Numbered from the stretch's first letter, positions 26,823 to 37,449 are shown. The stretch: DNA of 64,000 nt from Thermoplasmatota archaeon (GCA_048569615.1 JBLIRK010000007.1:1174-65173); one strand, 5' to 3'. The notes: generated by a model from the letters alone, not told the origin. Numbers and translations: made by a program.

Positions 26823-27443
26823 GTGTCGATTATATCTTTTATCATCATGGCGACAGGCATATTGCTTGGAATCGTTCTCATTGTTATGTCGCTTGCGATC
26901 ACCTCAGATGTGGCCTACGAAGGGGATTTCGAATACGATTATACGGATGGTTATTACTACCTTGAACTGGACGGGGGGGACCTCGGCAGCAGACTGGACA
27001 TATACATCGAGAGCAGGTCCTCAAATGACATCGAGATGGGCATCTATGTTTACCAGGATTACGAAGAAACAGGATCCTACGAGGGAGAAACAACTATAGA
27101 TGAGTCATTCTCCATAACCTCAACCGGGACCGTGACCATCGAAATCTGGATATGGTCTCTTGGGTTTGACATCTCGGACCTAGATATTACCATAGAGACG
27201 AATTCATACGTCGGATTGATTTGTTTCGGGATCGTTCTTCTGCCTCTGTCTTTCATTCTGGGAGCCGGTCTGGGAATTGCCTTCCTTGTTGTCCATTTCA
27301 AGACCAGGGGAGACAAGAAGAAGGTTGACAGCAAGTACAAGCAGGAGATAATCGATCTGGAGAAGAAGATCAAGGAGATGGACAAGCTGGGGATAGACAC
27401 TTCCAAGGAGAGAAAGCTCCTAGAAGAATATAAGAAAGGATGA
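26823..27443 (+). CDS. Two-TM membrane protein with acidic extracellular beta domain and charged cytoplasmic tail
   Basis: Hydrophobic N-terminal segment, acidic beta-rich middle, second TM (LICFGIVLLPLSFILGAGLGIAFLVV), coiled tail; stop overlaps the kinase ATG. Confidence 0.7.
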   Translation: MSIISFIIMATGILLGIVLIVMSLAITSDVAYEGDFEYDYTDGYYYLELDGGDLGSRLDIYIESRSSNDIEMGIYVYQDYEETGSYEGETTIDESFSITSTGTVTIEIWIWSLGFDISDLDITIETNSYVGLICFGIVLLPLSFILGAGLGIAFLVVHFKTRGDKKKVDSKYKQEIIDLEKKIKEMDKLGIDTSKERKLLEEYKKG

Positions 27444-29587
27444 CAGGATTACGAGACATTCCGGGAGAGTTTGCGATGTCCCCCGACAAGAGCGCAAAAT
27501 TGAAGGACCTCCACAAGGCCAACGTTGACCTTGAATACGTCATCAAGATGCACAAGGAGCTCTCAGCCAGACTCGAGATGCTTCAGGCAAAGCATGACAC
27601 CCTGGTCGCCCAGAAGATATCGTCGAAGGAAATGGACAGGTCGTCAAGAGTGCAAAATCACCTGAAGAACAGGGAATACGAGAATGCCCATAGGGAGTTG
27701 AACAGGTTCGAGAAGTATATTGCAGAATGCGAGGTGAGGCTTTCCCGGACAAAGGGTGTGAGGGACAGGTTCCTCGAGATCAAGGACAGATGGTCCTCCT
27801 TTATCTGGGAGAACGAGGTCGAGGACGGAGAGCGGCTGCTGGACGATGTGTCAAAGGCCATAAACGATATGGATCTCCAGAAGGCCGAAGCCCTGATGAA
27901 CAAGATGGAGCAGAGGATGAAAAAAGGAGAGGTGGAAAAGGACAGGCTTACATCGCTTCGGAGCCGGTTCAAGGAGCTCATCGACTTCAATCAGGAGATG
28001 ATCGACGAGGAGGTCATCGACAAAAGGGAGCTCGTTGACAGGAACAAGGTCGAGAGGCTCTTCGAGGAAAAGAAACTCGATGAGCTGGATGCCCTCCTGA
28101 CCGAGAAAATGGAGATGATGGAGGACATCAAGGTGAATTTCGAGAGGTCAACCGAGCTCTACGAAGAACTGGACGACATGATCGACAAGTTCAGCGGTAA
28201 GGGGATGCTGAAGATCCCCCCGTCCTTCGAGGGTGCGATCCGCTACTACGAGGAGTGCGATTACAGGAATGCATACAAGAGTTTCAAGCAGGCCAAGGCG
28301 GAGCTCGATGAATACTTCGGAGGGGCCGAGACGAAGTTCTCCTTCAAGCTGGATATGAGGGGAACATCGGTTAAAATGAGCAGGTGGGAAGAGGGTTTCC
28401 TCGTATTGAAGAACGAAGGACCGCTTCATTTGGAGAATATCAGGATTACCAAGGCATCGGATAACTTCAAAATCGATGTGGACGAGGAGAAGGTGACGGT
28501 GAAGGCGGGAAAGGAGGAGAGGATACCCATCAGGATCCAGATGCAGGAGGAGGGAGTTGTCCCGATCAAAGTCAAGATTTCCTACAAGGATCCCATGACC
28601 AAGGACCTCAAGGAGAAATTGAAGAAGTTCAGGGTGGATGTTGCCGAGGCGCCCGGACAGATGGAAGAGGAGACAAAGGCCAGACCTCCTCTTTCAAAGA
28701 GGGATTCCATCAAGGGCAGGGTGGAAGAGGTCTACAAGATCAAGGACGAGGAGCAGGCGGGGTTCAGGGAGGGGGATTTCTACTCCTACCGGATAGTTGA
28801 TAAACTGGGCGCCGGCGGTTTTTCGACCGTTTACAAGGTGTCCGATGGGAAATATCATTACGCCATGAAGACACCGAAGGACATAGGTATCGAGGGCGAC
28901 GAGACGATCGCCATACAGAAGAAGGACATGCTGAAGTTCAAGAAGGAGGCGTCCATCTGGGCCACCCTCACCGACACAATTCCGGAAGATGTGGTCATGC
29001 TCATCGACATGGGACTGGAGCCTTTCCCATGGTTCGTTATGGAGCTTGCCGACGGCTCCTTGAGGGACCACCTCGAGGGGGCCAATTCGAGAAAGCGTTT
29101 GGACACCGCAATGGAGATACTGACCAAGTTCGACAGGATACACCATCTCGGTGTTGTTCACAGGGATATCAAACCCGAGAACATCCTCTACATAGACGGT
29201 AAGGCAAAGGTCACGGACTTCGGGATATCGAAACTCGTCAACTCCACGACCAAATCCACCGTGGGCATGTCCGGGACCTGCTTCTACATGTCTCCCGAGC
29301 AGATCTCCAAGTCAAGGTTCGGCACGGTGGACTGGAGGACGGACATATGGCAGCTCGGGGTGCTGACCTACGAGATCCTCACGGACCATCTTCCCTTCGA
29401 TGCCGAGGACCCCTACGAGATCACATCCAACATCCTCCACGATGAGCCGGAACCCATATCCAGCTATGCTCCCAAGCTCGAACCCATCGATGAGATCCTG
29501 TTCAAGGCGCTTGACAAGGACAAGACCAAGAGGTACCAGTCGGCCATCGAACTGAAGTTCGCCATAGAATATGCCCTCAAGGATTGA
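27440..29587 (+). CDS. Hanks-type Ser/Thr protein kinase with N-terminal coiled-coil and central Ig-like domain
   Basis: LGAGGFSTVYKV, YAMK, HRDIKPEN, DFG, GTCFYMSPEQ, DIWQLG; no TM segment. Confidence 0.93.
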   Translation: MTGLRDIPGEFAMSPDKSAKLKDLHKANVDLEYVIKMHKELSARLEMLQAKHDTLVAQKISSKEMDRSSRVQNHLKNREYENAHRELNRFEKYIAECEVRLSRTKGVRDRFLEIKDRWSSFIWENEVEDGERLLDDVSKAINDMDLQKAEALMNKMEQRMKKGEVEKDRLTSLRSRFKELIDFNQEMIDEEVIDKRELVDRNKVERLFEEKKLDELDALLTEKMEMMEDIKVNFERSTELYEELDDMIDKFSGKGMLKIPPSFEGAIRYYEECDYRNAYKSFKQAKAELDEYFGGAETKFSFKLDMRGTSVKMSRWEEGFLVLKNEGPLHLENIRITKASDNFKIDVDEEKVTVKAGKEERIPIRIQMQEEGVVPIKVKISYKDPMTKDLKEKLKKFRVDVAEAPGQMEEETKARPPLSKRDSIKGRVEEVYKIKDEEQAGFREGDFYSYRIVDKLGAGGFSTVYKVSDGKYHYAMKTPKDIGIEGDETIAIQKKDMLKFKKEASIWATLTDTIPEDVVMLIDMGLEPFPWFVMELADGSLRDHLEGANSRKRLDTAMEILTKFDRIHHLGVVHRDIKPENILYIDGKAKVTDFGISKLVNSTTKSTVGMSGTCFYMSPEQISKSRFGTVDWRTDIWQLGVLTYEILTDHLPFDAEDPYEITSNILHDEPEPISSYAPKLEPIDEILFKALDKDKTKRYQSAIELKFAIEYALKD

Positions 29588-30125
29588 GAGTTTCGAGATA
29601 TGTCATTATCCTCGAAGGGGCAGCACCTATTGCTGTGCAGGTCTCCATGCTGATCCCCCTTCCCGTGAGGTCCATATGGTGCTCCCCGAACTTCATTATC
29701 TTATCAGGTAGCCCTCTGGGCCCAAGACCGAACACGAGGAGAACGGACCTTCCCTCCTTCAGCATCGATGCGACATCGCGGGGAGAGACGGAGAGCTTCT
29801 CCTCTGGGCTCCTCGTTGCGATCACGACCTTCCCCAACTGGGGCGGGAAGCCCCCCTTGGGGAGCGGGAAATGGTTGAACCTCCCCTCCTCCGCCAGCTT
29901 CACGATCCAGTCCCCTCCCTGCCCGATCGAAGTGGTTCCGACGAGCCATTCCGCTACCTCCCTGGGGGTTCTGAGCTCCCTGTCGAATGGAAATCCGAAG
30001 ACGCATAGGTTGCAGTCGAAGGCGGCCGCCACCGGGGCCGCCCTCGCAAGGGCTCTCCGGTGGGCCTCAGCAAGCTTGACGGGGTCCAGCGAGTTATACA
30101 GACCCATCGTCAGCCTTCCCGGCAT
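29577..30125 (-). CDS. DUF531 family (SPOUT-like) archaeal protein
   Basis: RLTMGLYNSLD..EAHRRALARAAP..AF..GFP..TTSIG.GG..FGLG..GLP..HHMD.TG..METCTAIG. Confidence 0.82.
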   Translation of the reverse strand: MPGRLTMGLYNSLDPVKLAEAHRRALARAAPVAAAFDCNLCVFGFPFDRELRTPREVAEWLVGTTSIGQGGDWIVKLAEEGRFNHFPLPKGGFPPQLGKVVIATRSPEEKLSVSPRDVASMLKEGRSVLLVFGLGPRGLPDKIMKFGEHHMDLTGRGISMETCTAIGAAPSRIMTYLETLNP

Positions 30126-30720
30126 CCTTGAACCCCCTGAAAACAAGATAGATCTCTATGGACTTCTTGAGCGACGACCTGGGTTTGATCCTGTCTACAT
30201 TCGTGAAAGATCCGGAGAATTCCTCCATCAGCTCGTTCATCTCGTCCCCCTGGAACATCTTCACCACGATCGATCCCCCCGGTCTCAGCACCTGCACACC
30301 GAGCTTGAGAACGGCCCAGCTGAGTGCGAACCCCCTCCCCCTGTCCAGGGTCCGGTTCCCGGAGAGGCTGGGGGAGGCGTCGGATATGACAGCATGGAAG
30401 GAGTCACACTTCTCCGTTATCCTTTCCAGGGTCTCGGGATCCTCTATGTCGCCCCTGATGAAGTCCACACCGTCGATCGGCTCCATGCTGACAAGGTCCA
30501 CGGCAACGACCTTGCCACCCCCTCCCACTATATTCAGGGCGACCTGGCTCCATCCACCCGGAGCCGCCCCCAGGTCAAGCACCCGGTAGCCTCTCCTCAG
30601 GAGATGGGTCCTGCCGTTGATCTCCTTGAGCTTGTAGGAAGCCCTAGACCTATAGCCCTCGGATTTGGCTCTCCTGTAGAAAGGATCCCTCTTTCTCTGT
30701 TTGATCCATTCCTTGGACAA
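30094..30720 (-). CDS. rlmE: 23S rRNA 2'-O-methyltransferase RlmE/FtsJ
   Basis: YRSRASYKL, VLDLGAAPGGWSQ, ISDASP, VVKMFQG, KPRSS..SIEIY (K-D-K-E tetrad). Confidence 0.95.
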   Translation of the reverse strand: MSKEWIKQRKRDPFYRRAKSEGYRSRASYKLKEINGRTHLLRRGYRVLDLGAAPGGWSQVALNIVGGGGKVVAVDLVSMEPIDGVDFIRGDIEDPETLERITEKCDSFHAVISDASPSLSGNRTLDRGRGFALSWAVLKLGVQVLRPGGSIVVKMFQGDEMNELMEEFSGSFTNVDRIKPRSSLKKSIEIYLVFRGFKDAGKADDGSV

Positions 30721-30732
30721 TGGACCGCACCT

Positions 30733-31608
30733 TCAGATGGGTTTTATGATTCCGATGGTCGGTTCGTATACCTGGCCCTCGTCAAGGAGCTCCTGGATGG
30801 TCTCCTCCAGCTGGATCTTGTCGATACCCTTCTCCTCGCATTTCGTAATGATATCCCTGTAGAGGGCGCCCTTTTCACCCGAAAGCCCTTTGATCATCTC
30901 GAGTATCTCCTCCTTCACATCCTCCCTGGGTTCGGGCGCTTCCTCCGCAGGGGCCTCCTCCTGGACCTCCGGGATTGGTTCCCCGCTGCCTTCCATGACC
31001 AGCCCGATCGCGGACCTCAGGCCCTCCTTGTAAGGCTCGAGATCGATATTGCCGTAGAGACCCACACCGCTGACGGCTCCCTCGGCCGCCCTCTTAGGAT
31101 GCCCCTTTTCCATCAGCTTATCGACCTCCGGGGTCTCCTCCTCCAATGCATCCTTCATTGCCCTCAGGCGCTCCATGGTGAACCTTGCCGTCTGAATGAT
31201 CCATCTATCCCTCTGGGAAACGGACACCGGGAACACAGTTTCGGGCTTCACGGAGGCGTAGAATGTCCCGTCCTCCCTGACGAATGTCCTGACCTTACCA
31301 ACGACCCCGACAAGGGCAGGGGTGTCGAGCTTCATTATGGCCGAGATGGCCTCGGGCTGGAACTGGCCGGCATAGAGGTAGAAGGTCCCTGTGGGATCCC
31401 TCACCTCGACCCTGAACTGGGGGGAATCCTCCGTTCCTGTATTGGTCTTGGACATCATCACCCCGATGAAATAGAGCCTGTTCACGCTTGTCCCAAGGGG
31501 AGTGATCACATAATTGGGCGCATTCTCCTCCAGTCCCCGGTCCTCGTGCTGGGACCTGTTGTATTCCAGTGCGAAAACCCTCCTCGCCACCTCTCTCATC
31601 CTCGCCAT
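30733..31608 (-). CDS. RPA-associated OB-fold protein with C-terminal winged helix
   Basis: REVARRVFALE..TPLGTSVNRLYFIG..DPTGTF..AGQFQPEA..VGKVR; C-terminal LLDEGQVYEP; 1-nt overlap with rpa. Confidence 0.85.
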   Translation of the reverse strand: MARMREVARRVFALEYNRSQHEDRGLEENAPNYVITPLGTSVNRLYFIGVMMSKTNTGTEDSPQFRVEVRDPTGTFYLYAGQFQPEAISAIMKLDTPALVGVVGKVRTFVREDGTFYASVKPETVFPVSVSQRDRWIIQTARFTMERLRAMKDALEEETPEVDKLMEKGHPKRAAEGAVSGVGLYGNIDLEPYKEGLRSAIGLVMEGSGEPIPEVQEEAPAEEAPEPREDVKEEILEMIKGLSGEKGALYRDIITKCEEKGIDKIQLEETIQELLDEGQVYEPTIGIIKPI

Positions 31609-32906
31609 CAGAGCACCTCCAGAATGTCGTTCAAGGCCTTGACCTCGTCCATGTATTCCTCCTTTTCCTCCCTTACCAGGGATGGGAGCATGGTTGGTCC
31701 GAAATCATCCCTGATGACGTTTCCCCTCATGGAAACATCCATCCCCAGGAGCTTTTCGTTCAGGAGCTTGATTATCTTCTCCTGGTCGTCGCAGAACTCG
31801 TCCATGCAGTTGCTGACGCTCATTCCCAGGACCTCCTCGGTGATCTCGGTGTTCAACACCGCGAAGAGGGCCCCGGTTCCGTCATCCATTATCACCTTTG
31901 TCCTTAGGTCGGCGAAACCCTCCTGCTGGGCGTGGACGGAGCAGCTGCCATTGACCAGAGCCCTGTTGCATTCGGGGCACCTGAAGATGAGGCCGGAGCC
32001 GTCCCTTATCTCGATTATTGTCCCGGAGACCTCTATATCCGTGGCCCCGGCGTTGATCAGGTCCTCCGCAAAGAGTTTCGGTGTGGACATCACATCGAAG
32101 TCCTTGTCCTTCTCCTTCTTCAGCTCCACCCTCTCGTCGAAATTTATCTGGGGGATCCCCCTCCAATCCTTCACATAGGCCCCCTTGACCGTGATCACAT
32201 CGCCAATCTCGAGGGAGAGGTCGCTCCACACCGTGAACCTGACCCTCTTCGTGTCATCGGCCAGCATGCCGTCGTAGATCGTCTTCTTTCCCGTTTCAGT
32301 CTCGATGGACCTCTGCTCCAGATTGATTATCTTGGCTGTGAACTGGATGTTTCCCATGCCGGGTCTAAGGTCCTTGAGCTTGAGCTCCTGCAAGTTTCCG
32401 AATCTGGGGAGCTTTGAAACATCCAGTCCTTCGAGGGCTCCGCCCTCAAGCTCCTCTACCTTGGAGAATTGGTTGAGGTTAATCTCGACCTCGCCGCGGA
32501 AGGTCTTTGCCGAGGCGCCCTTTATCAGGTAATCCCTCCCCTTCTCGAGGAGGTGGCCTTCCCAGGAAACGAACCTGCGGATCATGGTCTTGTCCGCAAC
32601 AAGACCGGAGATGAGCGTCTTGTCGCCGTTCTGTGTCTTCTGGACCCGCTCCTTGGAGGCGATGCATCTGACGGTGAGGTCGATGTTCATCTCCCCTCCC
32701 TTGAGCTCCTCGAGGGTCTTCTCCCCCAGTGGCGTGAAGGTTACCGGCGTCCCGCCGAACTTCCTTATGATGGCCTTCTTCGCCTCCTGGGGTATTATCC
32801 CGTATTTCAGATATCTGTCCATCTCTTCCTTTATCCTGTCCTCTTCTATGTCCGGTAGCGCCTCCCTTATCTCTCGGATAACAGGCGCGATCTGTTCTTC
32901 TTGCAT
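31608..32906 (-). CDS. rpa: Replication protein A (multi-OB-fold ssDNA-binding protein with zinc finger)
   Basis: Repeated OB motifs (LVADKT..RFVSW; LADDTKRVRFTVW; MDDGTG); CPEC..CSVH zinc finger. Confidence 0.88.
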   Translation of the reverse strand: MQEEQIAPVIREIREALPDIEEDRIKEEMDRYLKYGIIPQEAKKAIIRKFGGTPVTFTPLGEKTLEELKGGEMNIDLTVRCIASKERVQKTQNGDKTLISGLVADKTMIRRFVSWEGHLLEKGRDYLIKGASAKTFRGEVEINLNQFSKVEELEGGALEGLDVSKLPRFGNLQELKLKDLRPGMGNIQFTAKIINLEQRSIETETGKKTIYDGMLADDTKRVRFTVWSDLSLEIGDVITVKGAYVKDWRGIPQINFDERVELKKEKDKDFDVMSTPKLFAEDLINAGATDIEVSGTIIEIRDGSGLIFRCPECNRALVNGSCSVHAQQEGFADLRTKVIMDDGTGALFAVLNTEITEEVLGMSVSNCMDEFCDDQEKIIKLLNEKLLGMDVSMRGNVIRDDFGPTMLPSLVREEKEEYMDEVKALNDILEVL

Positions 32907-33010
32907 ATGGCACCCTCCGCGCCCCTGCGGGGTAGTTTCGATGAATGAACTTGATGGTTAAAAGGGTTCCTTTGACCCATTGAAAGGCTCCATTTCCATT
33001 GGAGGTGGGG

Positions 33011-33820
33011 TCAATGCATCTGGCCGGGTGTCATCGGGGGCTGTTGAGGCGGCGCGGCCGCATATGGAACCTGCATAGGCTTCTTGGGGACTATCGGTAT
33101 GCCCAGCCTCAGCTTGTCCTCATCCGAAAGTGATTCAAGGTCAAGGGTTAAAAGCACCCTCAGCTCCTTCTTCTTCTGGGAGACGACGTAGAGTCTGATT
33201 ATGGCGATAGGAAGGACGATGATGAAGGCAATTATGAAGAATATGGGGACAACCGGGAGCATCGGCTCGTAATGGGTCTTGAAGTTCAGGATGACATCCT
33301 TGTCATCGTAGGGATCATTTGGATCATCGGGGTTGTAGATGATTATGTAGTAGGTGTTCGCATCGCAGTCCCTGAAGGCCAGGTTCCACTCGTGCTCCCT
33401 GTTGATATTGTTCAGGGTCACGTTCCTGAAGGACTTTGATTTCAGGTATTCGTGGAGGGTCAGATCGCCCTGCGCATCAAGGGATATCTCGGGAGCCTCG
33501 TTCTTGTAAATGTAAACATAGACAGAAGAATGCTCGTCCGCGAAATCCGGTTCGAGCTCGAAATAGAAGTACAAGAAATACAGATTTGGGATCGCAACGG
33601 TATCCACCCTATTGGCCGGTGTGTTGGTATTCCAAGGGATGACAAACTGTTTTTCCTCTTCGGTGCTGAGCTCCATCACAGGGGCGAGGTAAACTCCAAG
33701 CACCACGGCGAAGAGGAAGACGGAGAATATTATCCCGAATATCCACCTGTTCCTGGCAGCATCCAGGTCCGCAACGCGGTCCATGAGCTTTTCCTGTATG
33801 GTGTCGCTGTCATCCATCAT
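33011..33820 (-). CDS. Two-TM membrane protein with extracellular beta domain and Pro/Gln-rich tail
   Basis: Start moved to ATG 33820; TM WIFGIIFSVFLFAVVLGVYL and LPVVPIFFIIAFIIVLPIAII. Confidence 0.65.
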   Translation of the reverse strand: MMDDSDTIQEKLMDRVADLDAARNRWIFGIIFSVFLFAVVLGVYLAPVMELSTEEEKQFVIPWNTNTPANRVDTVAIPNLYFLYFYFELEPDFADEHSSVYVYIYKNEAPEISLDAQGDLTLHEYLKSKSFRNVTLNNINREHEWNLAFRDCDANTYYIIIYNPDDPNDPYDDKDVILNFKTHYEPMLPVVPIFFIIAFIIVLPIAIIRLYVVSQKKKELRVLLTLDLESLSDEDKLRLGIPIVPKKPMQVPYAAAPPQQPPMTPGQMH

Positions 33821-33903
33821 CTGTAGAGGCCCCCAGAGTAGGTCGGAACACTGCCTGATGGAAATTGAATGTTTTAATCTTTTGTATATGGGAGAGGCCG
33901 CTC

Positions 33904-36900
33904 TCACTCTTCCATCTCACCGTATTCCGCCCTCCTCCCCATGTTCCTGAGCACAATGAGCAGGACCAGTATGACGAGGAATAGAATGACGGATGCGATA
34001 ATGGCCCCGGTTCTGAGGTACCCGTTATGGACCCTGGGAAAGATGTCGGCATTGTCTCCTATCCCGTCTCCGTCCCGATCCCTCCACTCCGAGCTGTCGT
34101 AGGGGAACTCGTCACCGTTGTCCCCATGCCCGTCACCGTCGGAATCCATCCATTCGCGGGGATCTTCGGGGAACCTATCGAGCTTCAACCCGGTTGTCGA
34201 ATCAAGGTGGTTGTAGCCGGCATTCCAACGGTCGGGGTAGCCGTCCCTGTCCGAGTCGAGGGAAGCGGAGATGTCGTTGGGGAAGGCGTCGTACCGGTTC
34301 TTCACCCCGTCCCCGTCGTTATCCATCTCATCCCACCTGTCCCTGATGTCCATGACCTCTATCCGGATCGCAATCTTTTCGCTCGAGAACTCCCCGTCCT
34401 CGACCCACATCTGAGCGGTCTTAAATCCCTTCGTTCCGTATGTATGGTTGACATGCATGCCCATACCTGTGACCCCGTCCCCGAAGTCCCAGTGGTAGGT
34501 CAATACGTCCCCGTCCGGATCGTACACAGGCTCGGTCCAGAAATGAACGGGCTCCCCGTCCCCTGGATACCTTGGTGCATAGTAGATCACCACCGGAGAG
34601 TCGGGTTCCTGGTTTACATCACGGAGAACCATGGTGATCCGTGCCGTATCGTTGGCCCCGCACGTGTCGGTGGCCATGAATACGATGGTGATCTCGATCT
34701 CGTCGAGGAAACCCATGTCGCCTCTCCATATATCCTGGTCATCCAAGTTGAAAAAGAACTGCCCGGTGATCGGATTGATGTCCCAATCGATCCCGTCCCT
34801 CAGACCCGCATAAGGGAGCTGCTCCCTAACGGAGCCGTATTGATAACTGAAGTTCTCGTTGAAATTCACCGAAAACACGACCCTGTCTCCCGGGTCCGGG
34901 TCCGTGCAGACGGGCCGTATATTGATCCTCGAGAACTGCGACCAGGTCGGTGTTATCGTCGGTATCGTTATGGTCGGCGGATCGTTGACATTCTGGACCT
35001 CAACAAGGATACCCAGTTCGACCTCAGATCCCGATCCATCCGTGATCATGAAGCTCATGAGCTGGCAATCGTTTAGCACATCATCGTTGTCGGGAACAAT
35101 AGTTACGGTCCCGTCAGAGATCGCGGGTGTGCTGGACCAGGTGGATGACATATTTGGAACCCACTCGATGAAGATCTCTTCCCCGTCCGGATCGCAGACG
35201 CCGACCTCGAAGATGAGGGTCTCATCCTCCATGACATCCACCAAACCCCTGAGGTCCGCTTCATAGGAGTCGGAGCTTCTCCTCTTTGCCGTGAATACCC
35301 GATCACCGATCGAAATGTTATGGACTATGGGAAGATCGTTGACGGGGTAGATCTGCTGCCTCAACATCCTTGTGGCATATGAATGCTCGTCGAAGACCCG
35401 GACCTCGAAATCCAGGTAGCCGAACTGCTCCTCCTTCGGCTCGATGGAGAGGACCTTCACACCGTCCAGCTCCTGGATGGTAATGTGTGCCATCTCGAGG
35501 TCCATCTCATGCGTCCATTCATCGTCCCCGCCCCCCCTGATAAGGACCTCGACAGGGTCCTCCCCTTCGGGATCGATGAAGGGACCGGTGCTGTCCAGAA
35601 GCCGTAAGATCCTGTTCTCCTCCTCCGCGATGGAGGGTAATCCCTCCCAATCGGCATTTATCCGTATAGGGTCATCGTCCCATATGTAGAACGCCTCGTT
35701 GAAATAGTATGTCTCGGATGTCAACTGGGGCATGACTGAAGCGGCCGGCAGGTTCTCTTTTGCAGATACCTGGACAGCATGGGGATACGGTCTTTCCGTG
35801 AATCTAACTCCTTCAAAAGTGTACTTATAGACCTTTCCGTCGGTGACATCTACATCGAATACATCCACTGGAGATCCCTCTATATAGACAATATATCCGG
35901 GACGGCCGTCATCAACCTGGACCCTGATCCAAGCGGGCATGTGGCCTTCGGCATCCATATAGGTCACATAGAGCGTGAACACCGTTCCGTAATATCCGCC
36001 GAAGCTGTAATCGTTGCAGGGGAAGTCCGTCTCTACCCATACATCCATTATGACAGGAGGGGTGGTCGGGATCTCTTCCACTATGTTGACCTCAATAGTG
36101 TAATCGGAGAAGGCTGACCAGTCGGCCAACGTGAAACCGGCAACCTGACCACCTGACACCCATCCGTTCTTCGGCTCCTCGTACAATCCTATATATGCTC
36201 CTCGGCGGTCACTACGACCGCCAAAATTAAGGTCGGGAAATACCAAATGGACACTATCCACCTGTGCAATGACCGCCGAGATCCGGTGCTTCTCGATCGT
36301 CCAGCCGTCATCCGGGGTGTTCCAAAGCCCGTCCGATCCCTTGTCCCTGGATGCCAGGACCACCCAGACCCAGTTGTCCCAGAATTGGGTTGTCGTGGGA
36401 TTGCTCTTCAGGTTGCAGTCCGTCCTGTTGACATGAATATCGAACCGCCAGACCCTTGATCCGTTGCTTCCTGTTATTCTATACCAGTCGACTGGATTGG
36501 TCTCAGTGTCGATACGGCCGGAGGCGGGGAGCTCCGAGGTAGCGTTTAATATGTCGTTCGAAACTTGATCGTTGTCGACCCGGGCGGTGGCATCCACTTC
36601 CAGTTCGTAATGGGCCGTGAAGTCCGGTCTGGTAACCGAAGCCTCAGGACTGATGTGGAAATTGAACGATATTCCGATATAGTAGAATCCGGTCTCGGAC
36701 AGCCCGTCGGTGAAACCGTTGTTGTCGATCGTTCCGAATGACGGCCCGGGCGTCCTGAATGAGAAGGTCCAGTTCTCATCATACGATATGCCGTCGGTAT
36801 CGTCCCTGTCATCATAATACCATTCGTTCCCGCCCAGCTCGTGCTTTCCGATCACAGGGTCCTGGTAAATAGCAAACACCATGAGAAAGTCCGCCCAATC

Positions 36901-37305
36901 ATGTTCCAGCTGATGGTTCGTCTTGTTGATCTCGAGCTCGTAGAGGTCCCCGGTGTTGTTCGTGTAGTTCAGCAGGTTCAATCTGACGTCCCGGACGCCA
37001 TTCGGGGACCCCGCCCTGGGGTCCACATCCGGGAGCCTCAGCTTGTACCAGTCGATGGTGTCCAATGTCATCGGATCGCTGGACCAGGTGAGGTTCCCGT
37101 ACAATATCTCATAGTCCGAGGATATCAGGGATCCGTTGGCATAATCGAAGAAGTCCCGCTCCCCCTCCGCATCCGAGGCAAAGGGCGAGCTGTCCGGGAG
37201 TATAATGGCCGGTCTATGCTCGCCTTTTCCCTTATCCAGAGGCGGCCCCGAAAAGAGCAGTAATAGGGCAAGGAATGCGATCATCATGGCTCTCCTCATC
37301 TTCAC
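33904..37305 (-). CDS. Large surface protein with cadherin/Ig-like repeats, PKD domain, thrombospondin type-3-like Ca-binding repeats and C-terminal TM
   Basis: Signal peptide; VNDLP/VNDPP/VNQEP motifs; PKD WDFGDG..NHTY; DxDxDG..D.FP repeats; TM followed by RNMGRR. Confidence 0.85.
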   Translation of the reverse strand: MKMRRAMMIAFLALLLLFSGPPLDKGKGEHRPAIILPDSSPFASDAEGERDFFDYANGSLISSDYEILYGNLTWSSDPMTLDTIDWYKLRLPDVDPRAGSPNGVRDVRLNLLNYTNNTGDLYELEINKTNHQLEHDWADFLMVFAIYQDPVIGKHELGGNEWYYDDRDDTDGISYDENWTFSFRTPGPSFGTIDNNGFTDGLSETGFYYIGISFNFHISPEASVTRPDFTAHYELEVDATARVDNDQVSNDILNATSELPASGRIDTETNPVDWYRITGSNGSRVWRFDIHVNRTDCNLKSNPTTTQFWDNWVWVVLASRDKGSDGLWNTPDDGWTIEKHRISAVIAQVDSVHLVFPDLNFGGRSDRRGAYIGLYEEPKNGWVSGGQVAGFTLADWSAFSDYTIEVNIVEEIPTTPPVIMDVWVETDFPCNDYSFGGYYGTVFTLYVTYMDAEGHMPAWIRVQVDDGRPGYIVYIEGSPVDVFDVDVTDGKVYKYTFEGVRFTERPYPHAVQVSAKENLPAASVMPQLTSETYYFNEAFYIWDDDPIRINADWEGLPSIAEEENRILRLLDSTGPFIDPEGEDPVEVLIRGGGDDEWTHEMDLEMAHITIQELDGVKVLSIEPKEEQFGYLDFEVRVFDEHSYATRMLRQQIYPVNDLPIVHNISIGDRVFTAKRRSSDSYEADLRGLVDVMEDETLIFEVGVCDPDGEEIFIEWVPNMSSTWSSTPAISDGTVTIVPDNDDVLNDCQLMSFMITDGSGSEVELGILVEVQNVNDPPTITIPTITPTWSQFSRINIRPVCTDPDPGDRVVFSVNFNENFSYQYGSVREQLPYAGLRDGIDWDINPITGQFFFNLDDQDIWRGDMGFLDEIEITIVFMATDTCGANDTARITMVLRDVNQEPDSPVVIYYAPRYPGDGEPVHFWTEPVYDPDGDVLTYHWDFGDGVTGMGMHVNHTYGTKGFKTAQMWVEDGEFSSEKIAIRIEVMDIRDRWDEMDNDGDGVKNRYDAFPNDISASLDSDRDGYPDRWNAGYNHLDSTTGLKLDRFPEDPREWMDSDGDGHGDNGDEFPYDSSEWRDRDGDGIGDNADIFPRVHNGYLRTGAIIASVILFLVILVLLIVLRNMGRRAEYGEMEE

Positions 37306-37449
37306 ACCACCTGGAAAGTATCGGTCTCCGGTTATTAACGAAGAATGGTACAGGTTTTTTATAATATGGTCTCACAAGTGCGTTGCCGGTGCACGTTCCA
37401 ATCAAAAAAGCAAAATATGAAAAAGGGCGGTCAAGGGCGAGGTGTCCGA

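Noticed and set aside
27430-27445. Frameshifted single receptor kinase (sensor and kinase as one gene)
   Set aside because: The junction is an ordinary ATGA overlap with no slippery or homopolymer run; treated as two genes.
29584-32178. 864-aa plus-strand ORF
   Set aside because: Entirely antisense to DUF531, rlmE, rpap and rpa; low-complexity shadow composition with no motifs.
34020-34330. Short periodic repeats as a possible CRISPR array; likewise GAT/GAC runs near 37900-37960
   Set aside because: They encode TSP3-like and poly-Asp protein segments; no constant repeat-spacer structure and no cas genes.
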